This document shows, in pieces, positions 1 through 12,968 of a stretch of DNA of 64,000 nucleotides (position 1 is its first letter; each line of letters begins with the position of its first letter). The position numbers were made by a program, and so were the translations under genes. Origin of the DNA: Eledone cirrhosa (Eukaryota); contig OZ024740.1 in assembly GCA_964016885.1 (NCBI GenBank), forward strand, positions 378,324,001-378,388,000, read 5' to 3'. The notes under the pieces are model-generated. The model ran no database searches. It saw only the letters and a list, made by a program, of their open reading frames with translations, and was not told where the DNA came from.

Positions 1-445
1 CCTTTTGTCACACCTTTGTTGCTGTGTAAATGCAGTGCAACCAGTGCCGCTCAGCATTTGTGCTAATTGCACTATGACCCCCTGATTTTATTATCTCAAT
101 ATCCCTACTTAAACGTACATCCATACTTGGTTTTCACACAATTGACTACATCGCTCCTTCAGACTGATGTGTATTCCCCATCCGTGACGTAATTCATGAA
201 CAGACTTACGACATACATCGCCCCACAACACTTACTCCTTTCGCATACAGGATATCCGCAATCAGCCCACTGACACTGCTACTACTGGATTTGACCTCCT
301 GGTGTTTTATGTTTCCAGTAGATGAGCAATCATTCCCTGAGAATAAGGGAATTCAAAAAGTACACAACTACATTCCTCAATCTTCGCATATGCGTGTTGC
401 TATTTCACGTTTCCTACCCCGTGCAACGCCGGGTCCTGCTGCTAG
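1..445 (+). mobile_element. Helitron 3' end (degenerate helicase C-terminus, terminal hairpin and CTAG)
   Basis: 342-410 translates NKGIQKVHNYIPQSSHMRVAISR, resembling the Helitron/PIF1 helicase motif NKSQGQ..KVG.YLP.PVFSHGQLYVALSR. CCCGTGCAACGCCGGG hairpin at 418-433 is followed by CTAG|T at 442-446. Confidence 0.6.
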
Positions 446-639
446 TACATTATAAATTTCAGTAAGAATTTTCAGTTCATAACAGCACCAGATGACCTTT
501 ATATTCTTATCTCTGATTGATTTCAGTATTGTAACATTTATCTACTCTAAATCAACTTTCTTGAGTCAAAAGTTTGTACCCACTTGTATATCTTTAAAAA
601 CAGGAAGAATGAAAAAAAGAGAAAGAGGGTGTGGGGAGA

Positions 640-2150
640 AAACCAGTTAAAGAGGGCACCAAATTGAGCCATGCATCACTGTTTGACTGTGAGGTTGACT
701 GAAGGTAGGTAAGACTGTTGATTTAAGGAAGACTCAATTGTTGTGCTGGTTGACCTGCATTTGATGTCATCCCAGTCGCATTGGTAACCTACATACAGAG
801 GTACAGAACTGACTCACATTCCCAGTCCACATTAAGTGCAGATGTTTTGCAAAGAACTAGAGATGATAAAGGAAAAGTAGGGTGGCAGTGTCAGATTAAA
901 TGTTGAGTGAGTGGAAGCTGACCGAACTGAACCTCATGGGAGTTTTGGCTGTTGCCAGTCTGTGTCATGGAAACAGTGATATTGCAGTTGAGTTTGGTAC
1001 AGAGACAAATGGTGGCATCAAGTTTACTGAAGTGTTTTACATGGGGATTACATGGCACACTGCAGCAAGAAGAGAAGTTTGGAGTGAGTGAAGCAGATCT
1101 TCAGCAGGAAGAGTATGGGATATAAATGTTTGAGATACAATCTGTCTGTCATCCTTACCAGGTCAACTTGTTTGGCCTCCAGGAATTCTCGAATAACTTT
1201 TGAGAGAATTGGGGTATTAAGAATGAAGGTAACATCCTTTGGAGTAAATTGTACGCCAGTTTGAATGGACCAAATGCTATATATGGTGTCATCATATTGA
1301 CCATAACTCACATATATCCCCTATGATTTGGATGACTTAATCTCAAGTCTAAGGAGGGATTGGGCTGGAATGATGTTTTGAAGGTTGTTATTGACATTTC
1401 CACAGAGCCACCATGTGTCATATCATCCAGGTACCAGATGTTGAATGGTAAGTGGATTGTGTTATCAATTTTGTTAACAACCAGCTTGAAGAGAAGCAAA
1501 CTGTGAGGGTAGTCTTGTTGGTCACATGTAGTGGATGTTAGAATATTGCCAGCAGCGATGATCATGCTAGACATCCTGTAAGAGTGATATCAGGAGTTTG
1601 AAAGAGGGTTATCTCTGGCACATGTTTAGAATAGGATCATGCCATACATTATTTAAATCGTTTCTCAAGTCCAAGGTGACGATACGAGTACCTGCTCAAT
1701 GAAGTGTCTGGCCACATTAACAGCTGCTTTAACTTCACATTTAAACCCTAATGTGAGTTGAACAGAGCACAGTTCTATGCTGAGGGCCCCACAGAACTGA
1801 CTTGCAGGATACCTTAGCTAAAAGCCATTGAATGATGTTGCCCACTGTGATGGGCTAGATACCTCTCACATTCTTTTCTGAGAAGGAAAGATTGTGAATA
1901 TATTAGGAGGGGTCTGTTTGGAGAAGACTATAATCAATTGAAACAGACATACACTTGCCTCAGTGGAGTGTAGCAAAGTTATGTCTCTGAGGTGGTTGGT
2001 TTGCAGGCCATCCATCCTACCACTGCTGTTACCTACAATTACAGTTTTGAAGGCAGACAAGGAGTTACGAATGGCAGGAGCTAGGATGTTTCAGCTAGGG
2101 ATTCTAGATGCTTTTCCCTTATGGACTAACAATGGGTACCACTGTTAGAA
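640..2150 (-). mobile_element. Degenerate CRE-like non-LTR retrotransposon RT remnant
   Basis: Minus-strand fragments SSGRMDGLQTNHLRD (cf. GSAGGPDGLRPQHLKD), DQQDYPHSLLLF (cf. GVQQGDPLGPLLF) and FNIWYLDDMTHGG (cf. WYLDDGTLGG). Many stops and frameshifts; boundaries approximate. Confidence 0.6.
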
Positions 2151-5100
2151 AGTGAATAAATTTCCTTTAATAAATATCTTTAATTCACTTAGTTTTTAAA
2201 TTTATCAACTAGTATTCCTACTTCTTTCTTTGGTGGGGGGATAGAAAAATAAATAAAAATCTGATGACTCAGTTTAAACCATTTTAGGTATTTTAATAAA
2301 AAGGACCTTAAAATGTTTGTTTCAAATTTGCAAATAATTTCTATAATACAAAAACTAAAAAGTTTTTTAAAGAAATATATACAATATGCTATTGTATTTT
2401 TCGTGAGATAACAGTTGCAAATGCTGTTTTATTTTTTGTGCCAATCTGTTCTGAAGTGATAGAAACTGTGGCAGTATTTTATGTTAGCAGCAATGATGGT
2501 AACAAAAATAGTATTTGGGAGTTAGCAAGTAAGAAAGAATTTTTTTGCACTGGTGATAAGAAAGGGCTACCAAGACACAGATAAGTGATAACAAGGTAAC
2601 AAGTTGGAAAATAACTTCAAGCTGACATTAACTCAGTCATATTAGTTAAACCGTTAGATACATATGCTGCTCTAATCTCAAAGTATGTATAAGGTTAGTC
2701 AGGGTTTTCTAGCAAGGTTATCAATAAATTCCAATTTTGGGAAGAGGAGATTGTATGTAAATACATCTCACTCTCTCTCTCATGCACACACATGTACACA
2801 CACACACACACACACATAGCACTCAGTTATATGAAACCATAGATACACAGACATGCCTTCATAAATATAAATATAAACATACAGCCTCATATTGAGGAAA
2901 GAAAATGAAGTTGTGATATTTATACATTCCTATTGGCACTAGTAACATGAGAAATCATTCCAAATTGCATTTGAAAGTAGATCATAGATTTTGTTAGTTG
3001 AGACCTTCATATTCTGTAGTATATGTTAAACATGCATATATAGTAACAGAACATGAGCAAGTTGATAACATTATATTGGTGTGTATGTATTATTTTCATA
3101 GGTGGAAAGCTATACTAGTGATTTAATGGTCAAGAGTTTCGTGCTTAGGTGCACTATGTAAATTGTATACATGTGCTAATTTGTTGGTTTGCCTTAGGAT
3201 AATGGTTATGCTATACAACAGTTATTTGGTTTGATTCTCAAAGACAATTCTGTCCACTTGTTTTCATCTTATGTCATGCTTGTATACACACACACATATA
3301 TATATACACACTCTGGCATGGGTTGGATGAGAGTCTTTCAAGTATTTTTTTAATAGCAGAATGCCCTTTCTCATCCAATCCTTTTAGTCATTTTATACAA
3401 CATGCAGGAATACAGTGTTAAAAACCAGGATACACACACAGAATTATATGTATATATGAGAGAGAGAGAGAGATAAACATCTTATTTCCAGGAAACATAG
3501 GTTATGAGCGTAGTTATTTCTCTGAATCAACAACTGAAAAAAAAATGATCAGCATCATCCTTTAACATCCAATGGGGAGGAGCTTAAAAAGGATAACAAG
3601 CATGATATCATGGGTGTGTGACAAGTGTGATCTGATGAAGAAAGGGGTGGGTGGGATCTTTTATTGGGTGGAAATGTACTAAAGAGTGGTGATGGATGGG
3701 TTGAGTATGCGAAAGTCAGGGATCAGATCCACTACATGGTTATAACACATTTATGTTGGGTGATATTAAAGAGTGATGGTGGGGAGGTTATATAGCCGGA
3801 CCAGATTACATCTACACAAGATCAATATAATTTCGAACTTGAATGGTTTAAAGTGTTTAGTTTTATTTCTCTTGCTTCTAAGTTTAAATCTTTGTAGGCT
3901 CACTTTACCTTTCAACCATTCGGGTTTTATCAAATGAATGTAAGATACTGGGACTGATTAAGTTACCTATGTTCTTACCTATAAAAAATGTCTGTTCATC
4001 TATCTCTCATAATCATGATCATTTCAATGTCTAATTTTAATATGTATTTTGCTAAGTTGGCAGGTGTTGTTCATTTATAAGCCTAAAATACAGCTTATTA
4101 CCATTGCTCTCAATCTTGTACCATTTTGACCATGGGGGACAATATCTTCAGATTTGTCCTTACTACCACTTCTTGTCTTCTTTAGTCACAATACTTTCCT
4201 CTTTTTACGTGACAGATGCTTCTTTCACAGGCCCTGACTAGATCCTTTCATGCCAGCCACTTCCTCACACATTTGCATATCCAATAAATCATGTTCAGCT
4301 ATTTACCAGAGTGAATAGAGCATTAGGTAGAATACCACCTGATATACACTCCAGCTCTTGGAGTACTGATTTCAAATCCTGTTATGGTCAACTTTACCTT
4401 TCATTCCTGTGGAATTGATAAAATAAAAATCATCCAGTACTTCAGGTTGATTTCTTTCACCCCAGAAATTGACTTTGGTGAGGACTGGAAAAGGATGTGC
4501 TAAGTGAAAGGTTGAATGACATTCAGTTATTGGTGGAAATAATTTGCAGAAAGCAAGCAAGAACTGATTATTATTAGTTTAAGGGTGAAAATAAAGCAGA
4601 GTGTGGATTTAGCTAGTATTTTGATTGGAGTTTTGATTGAGCTAGACTTATCTAAATAATGAAGCAGTAGTGGTAACAGCTGGAGGATAAAATGAGGGAG
4701 TAAGGATTGAAAGTTGCTGCTGTCATCATTGATTAAGCAGATTCAGGACAATGAAGTAGTAAATGAAACAAGACATGATCTAGTTGTTGATTAATTACTG
4801 AGTTTATTTCAGATATGGTTTAGTAATCTAAGAAAATTGGAAATTTAACTCAATCTATGCAACATTCAACTAGGAACGAAGTGGTTAATTGACCAGCAGC
4901 TCCTTACCTTCCCCAAACCTTTGTTGCTATGATAGAAATCAATATTATAAATTATCAGTGACCCATATCAACAATAAGATGGTATAGAAGTTGAAACACA
5001 TGCCCTGCTGCAAATCCTGCGCTAATTCATTTCCTTTTCTACTCATGTGCTTGAGCAATTGTTGAATTTAGAGAACACTTCTGATTCCCTTCTCTCTTCT

Positions 5101-5990
5101 GACTCTCATCTTTACACAAATGTTGAAATCAATAACTTTGTTACTCTTAGGTACATATGAAAATCCAAGATCCAGCAAATCATAATTTGCATGAAGCTGT
5201 GTTTCAGCTGAAGCAAGATGGGCATCCAAAAAATAAATTATGTCTTTGGACAGTGTAATATTGCTAGTTTATACTCTTTCTCAATTGAAGTGAAATCTGG
5301 TCCATTCCATAAAGGACTTCACCCAATTTTACTGAATCCTTCTATCCATTATATGGATCATATCCACTGTGTACAAAACTGCATTTATTGTTCATTTAAT
5401 TTCTATACTCCATTCTACATGTTAGCAACAAATCTACTTTTGATGATGTCTCTTTAGCTTACTCATTACTAAGTGTACAATATGGAACAGCTTTTTCACC
5501 ACTAATTGATTAAACTTTTCCAACATTCACCCATTCAACCTAGGTGTACCTGATGGAGACTATGGTCATGATATGAAAAAAGAAGAGAGAATAAAACTCT
5601 TGTAGTTTTGTTATGTAAATTATCTTACTATTTGCAACACACATTTCAGTAATTAGCTGGCTATCCACCATACAGGGGACCATGAGAAGTAAATTAAATT
5701 TTCCTGCCAGGAGACAAGAAGCCAAGAGTTTAGAATATTAAGTCTTTCCCTAGTGAAGGATGTATGCTTAACTTAAATTAGGGAATTTGGGTTAAGGACA
5801 ATACTGATTAGCCCTTTCAGTACTATATTTCTAATGAATGACACTGCCTATGGTTTTCAAATCATTCTGAAATTAATCAAGAATTTAGAGGGATTTAGTA
5901 GTATAACTAACTTTCTCATTATTAAGCTTGTATTTGGAACCTAATTTAGCAAAGGGGTTAGCATAAAATTATGCTGGGATGTTTTTAGAT

Positions 5991-6739
5991 ATCATCATCA
6001 TCATCATCATCATCTTCGTTTAACGTCCATATTCCACACTTGCATGGGTTTGGACGTGAGTTTTCCCACTTGAGGCAAGAGTGGTTGTCTTGCTCACATA
6101 GGACTGTCTGGCGGGTTTTCTACAGCTGGATGCCCTTCCCAACACCAACCACATTTACAGTGTGGGGCTGGGAGGTTTTTACCGTGTTGCCTACACGGCC
6201 ACATTACAGCGTGGACTGTCTGGCGGGTTTTCTACAGCTGGATGCCCTTCCCAACACCAACCACATTTACAGTGTGGAACTGGGAGGTTTTTACCGTGTT
6301 ACCTACACGGCCACATTACAGCGTGGACTGTCTGGCGGGTTTTCTACGGCTGGATGCCCTTCCTAACACCAACCACATTTACAGTGTGGGGCTGGGAGGT
6401 TTTTACCGTGTTGCCTACACGGCCACATTACAGCGTGGACTGTGTGTTTTTTTGTCGTGACACCTACACGACCTCATTTGTTTCGGGCTGGATGTGGTAC
6501 CAACATAACTTTACATTGAAAGGGGTGGTGTGGATGGGGTGGGGGTAGTGGGACGGGGGTGTATTTTGTTAGAGGTGCCTACTGACTGTAGTAGGTTTCA
6601 CTTTGCACTTAGGTAAGGCGGGTCTTCTGTATTACTGTGTAGCGCCAAAGATCTTGGTCCAGTGACATCGTCTTGGAGAGGTGTAAGTGTGTGAGGTCGG
6701 AATTTATCAAGTCGTCCCAGGTTTTTATGGGTCTGCCTA
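5991..6739 (-). mobile_element. RTE family B, 5'-truncated 3' end with three tandem 3'UTR units
   Basis: (CAT)n tail at 5991-6013; matches the 3' end of the copies at 38050 and 50867; ORF end visible at 6610-6739; ~113-bp unit repeated three times at ~6100-6440. Confidence 0.9.
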
Positions 6740-7049
6740 GATATAAATGCTAGATATAAATGCTTTAAAACAAACAGTTTTGTATCACAGAACCTGAGGC
6801 AGTTTCAGGCAATTTAATATCAAGAGTTAGGAAAAAAATCACAAGCAGGAAAAGTTTTGAGGCAAGAGACTTCACTGTTGGACATAACTTTTAATTAGTA
6901 CAAGATGATACCTATTTTGATAGGCAGGAGACAGGGTTCTATAGCATAGAAACTAGCTGGACATTCGTAAAAAACATGCTTGAAGTTATAACTCCATACT
7001 TAGATTGAGTAAGGCTTTAACGAGAATAAACAATATCATGTTTGAATGA

Positions 7050-7860
7050 TAAAGTGGAGAGACCTATAAGAGTTAATGGATGTAGAAAGAAGAGGTCTAT
7101 AGCAAGAAGCTATATCAGGAAGTATGTCAGGAAGCAAAAATACAAGTTCACTTATCCAGGAATAGAAGCTGAAAACAAAAATTTTGCTAATGTTCTGCTC
7201 TGTAATGGTGAGAAGTATGAAGTAGGATGTCACTGAAGTAAAAATAGGCCTGAAAGAATACTGATTCTGAATACAGTGACAGTGAAAAGAAAGAAGTGTA
7301 GAAATATTGCAAAGAAAGATTATTGAGTGAAAAATATGAATGGGATTGTGAAAACCTTCCCCAAGTCAAACCAACAGAAATGCCAGGTATAGAGGTTGAC
7401 TTCACTAGAATAAGAAGGAAATTAAAGACCATGAAAAGAAGAAATTTGCATCAAGTCCTCATGGAGCAGTTGTAGAGATGTTGGCAGCATAAGGATATGT
7501 ACTGTGCTAGTTACTTAATTAATCAGGCAGTGCAGAAAGGTGTTATCCTCAATGACTAAGGTACCGCAATCATTAAAATCTGCTATTTGGTTGATGATGA
7601 ACTAAAGAGAGCAGTTATAGAATTATCAAGCTGATGATTCAAAATTTGAGAGTAATTGTGAGTCATAGGGAAGTTAATTGAGGATAAGATTAGTTTGAAA
7701 AAGATGCAATATTTTTTTTATCAGAATAAGATGACTACCAGAGAAATTGTTTATTAAAAACAAGCAACTCTACTTAGCATTCAACAGCTGGGGAAGATTT
7801 TTGATCGGGTTGTGCATTCTACATTTGGTAGCTAGTGAGAAAGCTAGGAGTAGATAAATT
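7050..7860 (+). mobile_element. Highly degenerate RTE RT fragment
   Basis: Decayed similarity to the RTE region from the post-endonuclease linker to LDRVPR..IW (e.g. 7380-7480, 7740-7850). Confidence 0.5.
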
Positions 7861-8639
7861 ACTTTATCATCATCATCTTCCATGCTTTCATGAGTTAGAT
7901 GAGTTGTCATGTTATGAAGTTAGCAAGGTCAGGTAACCATGTAATGCTCAGATCTATTTTTGGCTTAGTTTTCTATGGCTGGATGCCCTTCCCATTACAA
8001 TGCATACTGGGAGCTTTTTTTTATGGAACCACCATTACCACTTTTGTTGAACCAGAATGACCACCTTACAGGATGGACCGGGTGCTTTTTGTTATGGTAC
8101 CTGTGTAACTACCTAACAGGGTGTACTGGGTGCTTTTTTGTGGCATCAGTCCAACCACCGTACAGGGTGCGCTGGGTACTTTTTGTTGTGAAACCAATAC
8201 AACTGCTTTATATGGTGGACTAGGTGTTTTTGTCATGGCACCAGCACTTGGGAGAGCTGGTGTGGAGCAAGTCTGGCTTTCCATGCATGGATGGGAAAGG
8301 TGTATTGGGTATGTGTGTGGGGGGAGGGAGTATATCAACATAGTGATTAGACGTCTACTTCCTCCATATCCGCTTGGGCTTAACAGGCTGTCACACTTGG
8401 GTATTAGGCCGAGCAGGAGACAATGTCAAGTTCATTGGGTTGAGCTAGGAGAGGTGGAGGATAAAAGTGTGGGTTTAGTGTGGGAAGGAGTTGGACGAGG
8501 GGAGGCCATGGGTTGTTTTTCCTTGATGGCGGGAGTTGTTGGATGTGCAAGGTGGGGATGGGTGAGTGTTAAGTTGGGGAGATGTATGAGGGACATTGGT
8601 GCAGATTGTTCTCTCTGTGTTTGTTTCATCCTGTGCGCA

Positions 8640-9330
8640 TAGCGAGGTGGGTCTTCTGCAATATCGCATACCACCAGAGAACTTGAACCTGCATCATCCC
8701 CTAAGAGATCAGCTTTTACCACATCATTCCAAGTTTTGCTAGGTCTTCCTCTTCGAAAGTTTTCGACAACTTCAAGTCTCCTGCACCTTTTTATATGGTT
8801 TTTATCATCTATATGCATCACATGTTTATACCACTAGTTTCCTTTTCTGCACACTGCATCTGATACTTCTTATGCCTAGTTTTTCTTTTAGTTCATTGAT
8901 GCTTCATCATTCATGAACACTCCTATTACATATCTATTAGGTCATGTTTGCTTCATTTCTTTTCAAACTTCGTAGGTCCTCAGCTCACAGAACCCAAGTT
9001 TCATTTCCATGCAGCATTGTCATTCACACACAAGCATCATACAATCTGCCTTTTGTTTTGAGGGAAAAGCCTTTTATAGCTAGCAGCAGCTCTCTGAACT
9101 TTTTCCATCCTATTCTTACTCTGGCAGCTGTACTTAGAGAACAGCCTCTTCCACTGCTAATTTGATTACCCAGGTAACAGAAGCTGTCCACTACTGCTAG
9201 GGAGCCCTCTGAGCATTTGATAGAGCTTATTTTATATGGGCTCTTGCTGCTTACTGTTCCTGTGCATCTACTACACACAATGCCTATGTTCTTTGCTAGC
9301 CTGCCTTAAATCCTGCTACATCTCTTCTAA
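8640..9330 (-). mobile_element. Old RTE RT C-terminal fragment
   Basis: ORF pieces CSRCTG..VVDSFCYLGNQISSGRGC..RVRIGWKKFRELL..GRLYDACV and RRGRPSKTWNDVVKADL. Confidence 0.85.
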
Positions 9331-9597
9331 AGTCTGTCTCAAGCTTGGGGGGCTCATCAGGCCAGTGCTTATCCCGGTTTTTGTGGTATGAAGTGACTGA
9401 GAGTACAAAACTCCCCACTAGACAGGACACCAGTCCATTGCAGGGTTAAAGCCCCAGCTATTGCTGATACTCATTTTCAGTTGATTATACTGGAGCAATG
9501 CGAAATGAAGTGTTTTACTCAATCACACAACCCAGCCTAGGAATCAAAGCCACAACATTATGATCATAAGTCCAACACCCTTACTAGGCCACGTGCC
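9331..9597 (-). mobile_element. tRNA-derived SINE (older relative of SINE family 1)
   Basis: Minus strand starts GGCACGTGGCCTAGT (A-box-like) and shares the core ACTGGAGCAATG.GAAAT.AAGTGT with family 1. Confidence 0.65.
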
Positions 9598-9599
9598 AT

Positions 9600-10500
9600 T
9601 AAATTAATTCATGTCATAGAGGAGGATATTGTAAGCAAAGTAAAGGCTAGAAACATGTTCAGAGAAAGATTTTTATGCTTTTTTCCTTTACTCAATAACA
9701 TAAAAGTTCAGAATGGGATGACCTTAGGAACAACTATATACTGATGGTCTTGTTTTCATTGCAGAAATTGTTAAGGGCCTGTCTAAACATAGAAGAATGA
9801 TTTATAACACAAGGTAATATTGGTAAAGTTGATAAAGAACAAAATACTAAATATTAATAAAGAGCACTAAATCTCAGTGTCATTTGGGTGGGGATGATAA
9901 TAACTTAATACTGTATATTCAGTGAAAGCAACAGGTACATAGAAGGTGGAGTATGATTATTAGAAGATTGTCAGGGAATCAGGACTTGATGTATTAGTTA
10001 TACAGGAGTAAGTTAGTTGTAGGGGTATTCATAAAATTGATGAGCTGCTTGACTGGCTGGTTAGAAGTAGTTAATAGTTTCTGTCATTTAAGTTACATAG
10101 TTAGTACTACTAATGGTTGTTGTGTAGGCATAATGTTTAGAGTGGAAGGGAGTTTTGGAGTTGTTACCTCTGTTAATAACAAAGACTTTCTGATTATGTG
10201 CAAAATACAGACTGTATAAGAGCTGCAATGATAAGAATATATCACAAGTTTGTGGATCCCTGAGAATGTTGAATAAAATATGATCCATTGGATGTAAAAT
10301 GTAACTTACATGAGAAGCAGACCACATGAGAGACAAGAAAGAGAGCAACTGGGGACATTGGTCAATGTACACAAGAGAAATGACTACATTAATATGAACA
10401 AGTCAAGATATTGGATGGTGTGTCAATTGAAAAAGCACCATGCTTTGATAGTAGAAGTATTAATGGAAAAGTTAGACTAAAGAAGACATTACCTTTGATA
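9600..10500 (+). mobile_element. Highly degenerate RTE RT remnant
   Basis: LEVVNSFCHLS..STTNGC motif at 10060-10130, plus decayed C-terminal region. Confidence 0.5.
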
Positions 10501-11542
10501 ATTACCAGTAATTGTCAATCCAATCAATTTTCCCTTTCCTCGACACAAATTTACCCTATACCTATTTATATGGAGTCAGTATTATTTTGGATATGATACT
10601 ATTGGTAAGAATGATGCATATTTGTTTCATCACAAACTGAAGTGAAATAGTTATGTTGTCTGCTAGAAATAACTCTTCTCCTTTGGCACATAAGGACACA
10701 GAAAAAAGATCCATAGTCAAAGCCGAAATGTCTTGGATCACAGGACTGCTTAATCAGAGTTGATGTTGGATTAAAAATCATAAAAAAGTAGCATATTAGA
10801 ATTAAACCACTGAATGCACACATATATAGATATAAACATAACATTACCCCTTTTGATACCAACCTACTGAAAATTGCCTATGCTTCTATGAAACAAAACC
10901 ACACACATGAACATTTTCCTACTTAAATTAAAACTTTCCAGTGTAATTTTATATCAGAACATTTTGTTATGTTATAAATACCATCCTAAAGAAATGATAA
11001 ATTTAGTAAATCTTTCCATAATTCTTCATTAATTAATTAAAATAAATATTTCATTAGAATTATGCCAACAAAAGGGTTATATAATGATTTTAGTATCTGA
11101 AACATTTAAAAATCAATTTTCTTTTTATAAAAGACCATTTCATTCAATATAGTTTACACCCACATACAGGTGGTTGATAAGCAGAATTGTTTGAGCCTTG
11201 AGGTAATTGTCCCAGCTCTGAGCATTCAGAGTTCAAATCTTGCTCATGTTAATTTTGCCTTTTATTCATCTAGGGTCGATAAATAAAGTACCAATCAAGC
11301 ACTGTGATCAATTATCATCTCTTTCTCTTTCACTCTAAGAATTAGTACTGGAAGGAAGGAGTGAGTGAGGGACAAGCAACTAACATGTTACAAAAACTAT
11401 CCAAAGACACTAAAGATGGATGAACCAATGCATTGTGGCATGAAGTGATTTTAAAAATACAGCAAAACATAAGTGTAATTAAATAAAATATAAACCCACC
11501 TACTCACAAATAATAAATATACACATATGTGTACATATGCTT

Positions 11543-11580
<38 letters not shown>

Positions 11581-12063
11581 ATATTTATATATATTGGTTC
11601 GTTTTGGTGTATGCAATATGATAGATTGTTATATTTATATGATAATATTTGTATGAACAGAAATAGGTAATTATTGGATGTAGGAATGTTAAATATAAAT
11701 TCTGCTCTTTTATTTGTGTGCATATGTCTAAATGTGTGCGCATTCACACATGCACATATATTTAAGTATCCCAAAAAATATATTTTCTCTAAGTTTGACT
11801 GCAGTCAATATTGTTTACTCTTATATGGATAATTATGTATACTTGTGTGTGTATATAAGATGTTTATGAGAGTGAGTTTGTTTCTTTTTAGTTTGTACTG
11901 TAAATATATTTCAAATGTTAAGCAGATGAAGAAAAGCAATTATGAGATATAATCATATATATGTTGTAAAATACAACATATCATTATTTAATGTCCATTT
12001 TCCCTACTAGCAAGGTTTGGATGGGTCTTCACAGACCAAGTCAGTACTCAAGCGGGACCACTG

Positions 12064-12119
<56 letters not shown>

Positions 12120-12121
12120 CT

Positions 12122-12731
12122 ATGTCAGGTCACCACTTGGTGCTACTGGTAACATGTATCCCAGTACAACCTGTCTCATGGTCGGGTCGTTGGCGACTAA
12201 ACTGGCAATCCCACTAAGGTTTCTTGGTGAGGAGGGTGACTTTGGACATCCTGCAGGACTAAAAACAAAACCTGTCAAAGGGCAAAGGAGCTCTTAAGAG
12301 TCAATGGCCATCCAAAATCACTGGGAGAGATGACCCCTTAGCCTTTGTCAAGGCAGAATTCTAGGAGAAGGAAAACTCTGATATAACACCTGCAACCCTG
12401 ATGGTATCCAATGATGTTGACTTGTTCTTCTTTTTGGTAAATATCATCTTGGTTAAGAGAGTGGGACTGGCTTTGTGCAGTGCCTTTGCTCACTATAAAA
12501 GCTTCACGGCACAGGCATTGCTTTATATCTGGAGATCTCTCTGCACTTGCCGTCACATGGTACGATGGGCCCAGCACTATGTGTCAATAATTGTCACAAG
12601 TGTAGTGTTTGTACCAGAGTTTTCAAGTCGCTGGCTGGACTAAAAAGTCACACTCGTTCAGCGCATCGGTAGGGGTTCTCCTACATGGATATAAAGTAGT
12701 GGCCGTACTCGAAAACGAGTTGGCAGCCACC
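12122..12731 (+). mobile_element. Non-autonomous internally deleted RTE (BovB-like) element, copy 1
   Basis: RTE 5'UTR-like motif CTAGGAGAAGGAAAACTCTGA at 12361; C2H2 finger HKCSVCTRVFKSLAGLKSHTRSAHR* at 12595-12672; terminal hairpin ACTCG-AAAA-CGAGT; flanked by (TA)n; near-identical copy at 52825-53308. Confidence 0.75.
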
Positions 12732-12936
12732 ATATATATATACACACACATACACACACACCATCATCATCATTAAGCATCCACTTTTCCATGCTAGCAT
12801 GGGTTGGATAGGATGGTTTGAGACAATGTTTTAAAGCCAGATTCCCTTCCTGACACCAAACCAACACTTTTAGTCGGAGAAGTGTATCTATCCTAAAGAC
12901 CAAAATACACACACACTACATATCATACATATGTAC

Positions 12937-12968
<32 letters not shown>

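Noticed and set aside
6100-6440. Regular repeats resembling a CRISPR array
   Set aside because: Tandem units have no unique spacers; part of a LINE 3'UTR in eukaryotic DNA.
12220-12245. GGTGAGGAGGGT resembling the 3' end of a twister ribozyme
   Set aside because: Could not find the matching 5' UAA/pseudoknot elements by eye; left as a computational check.
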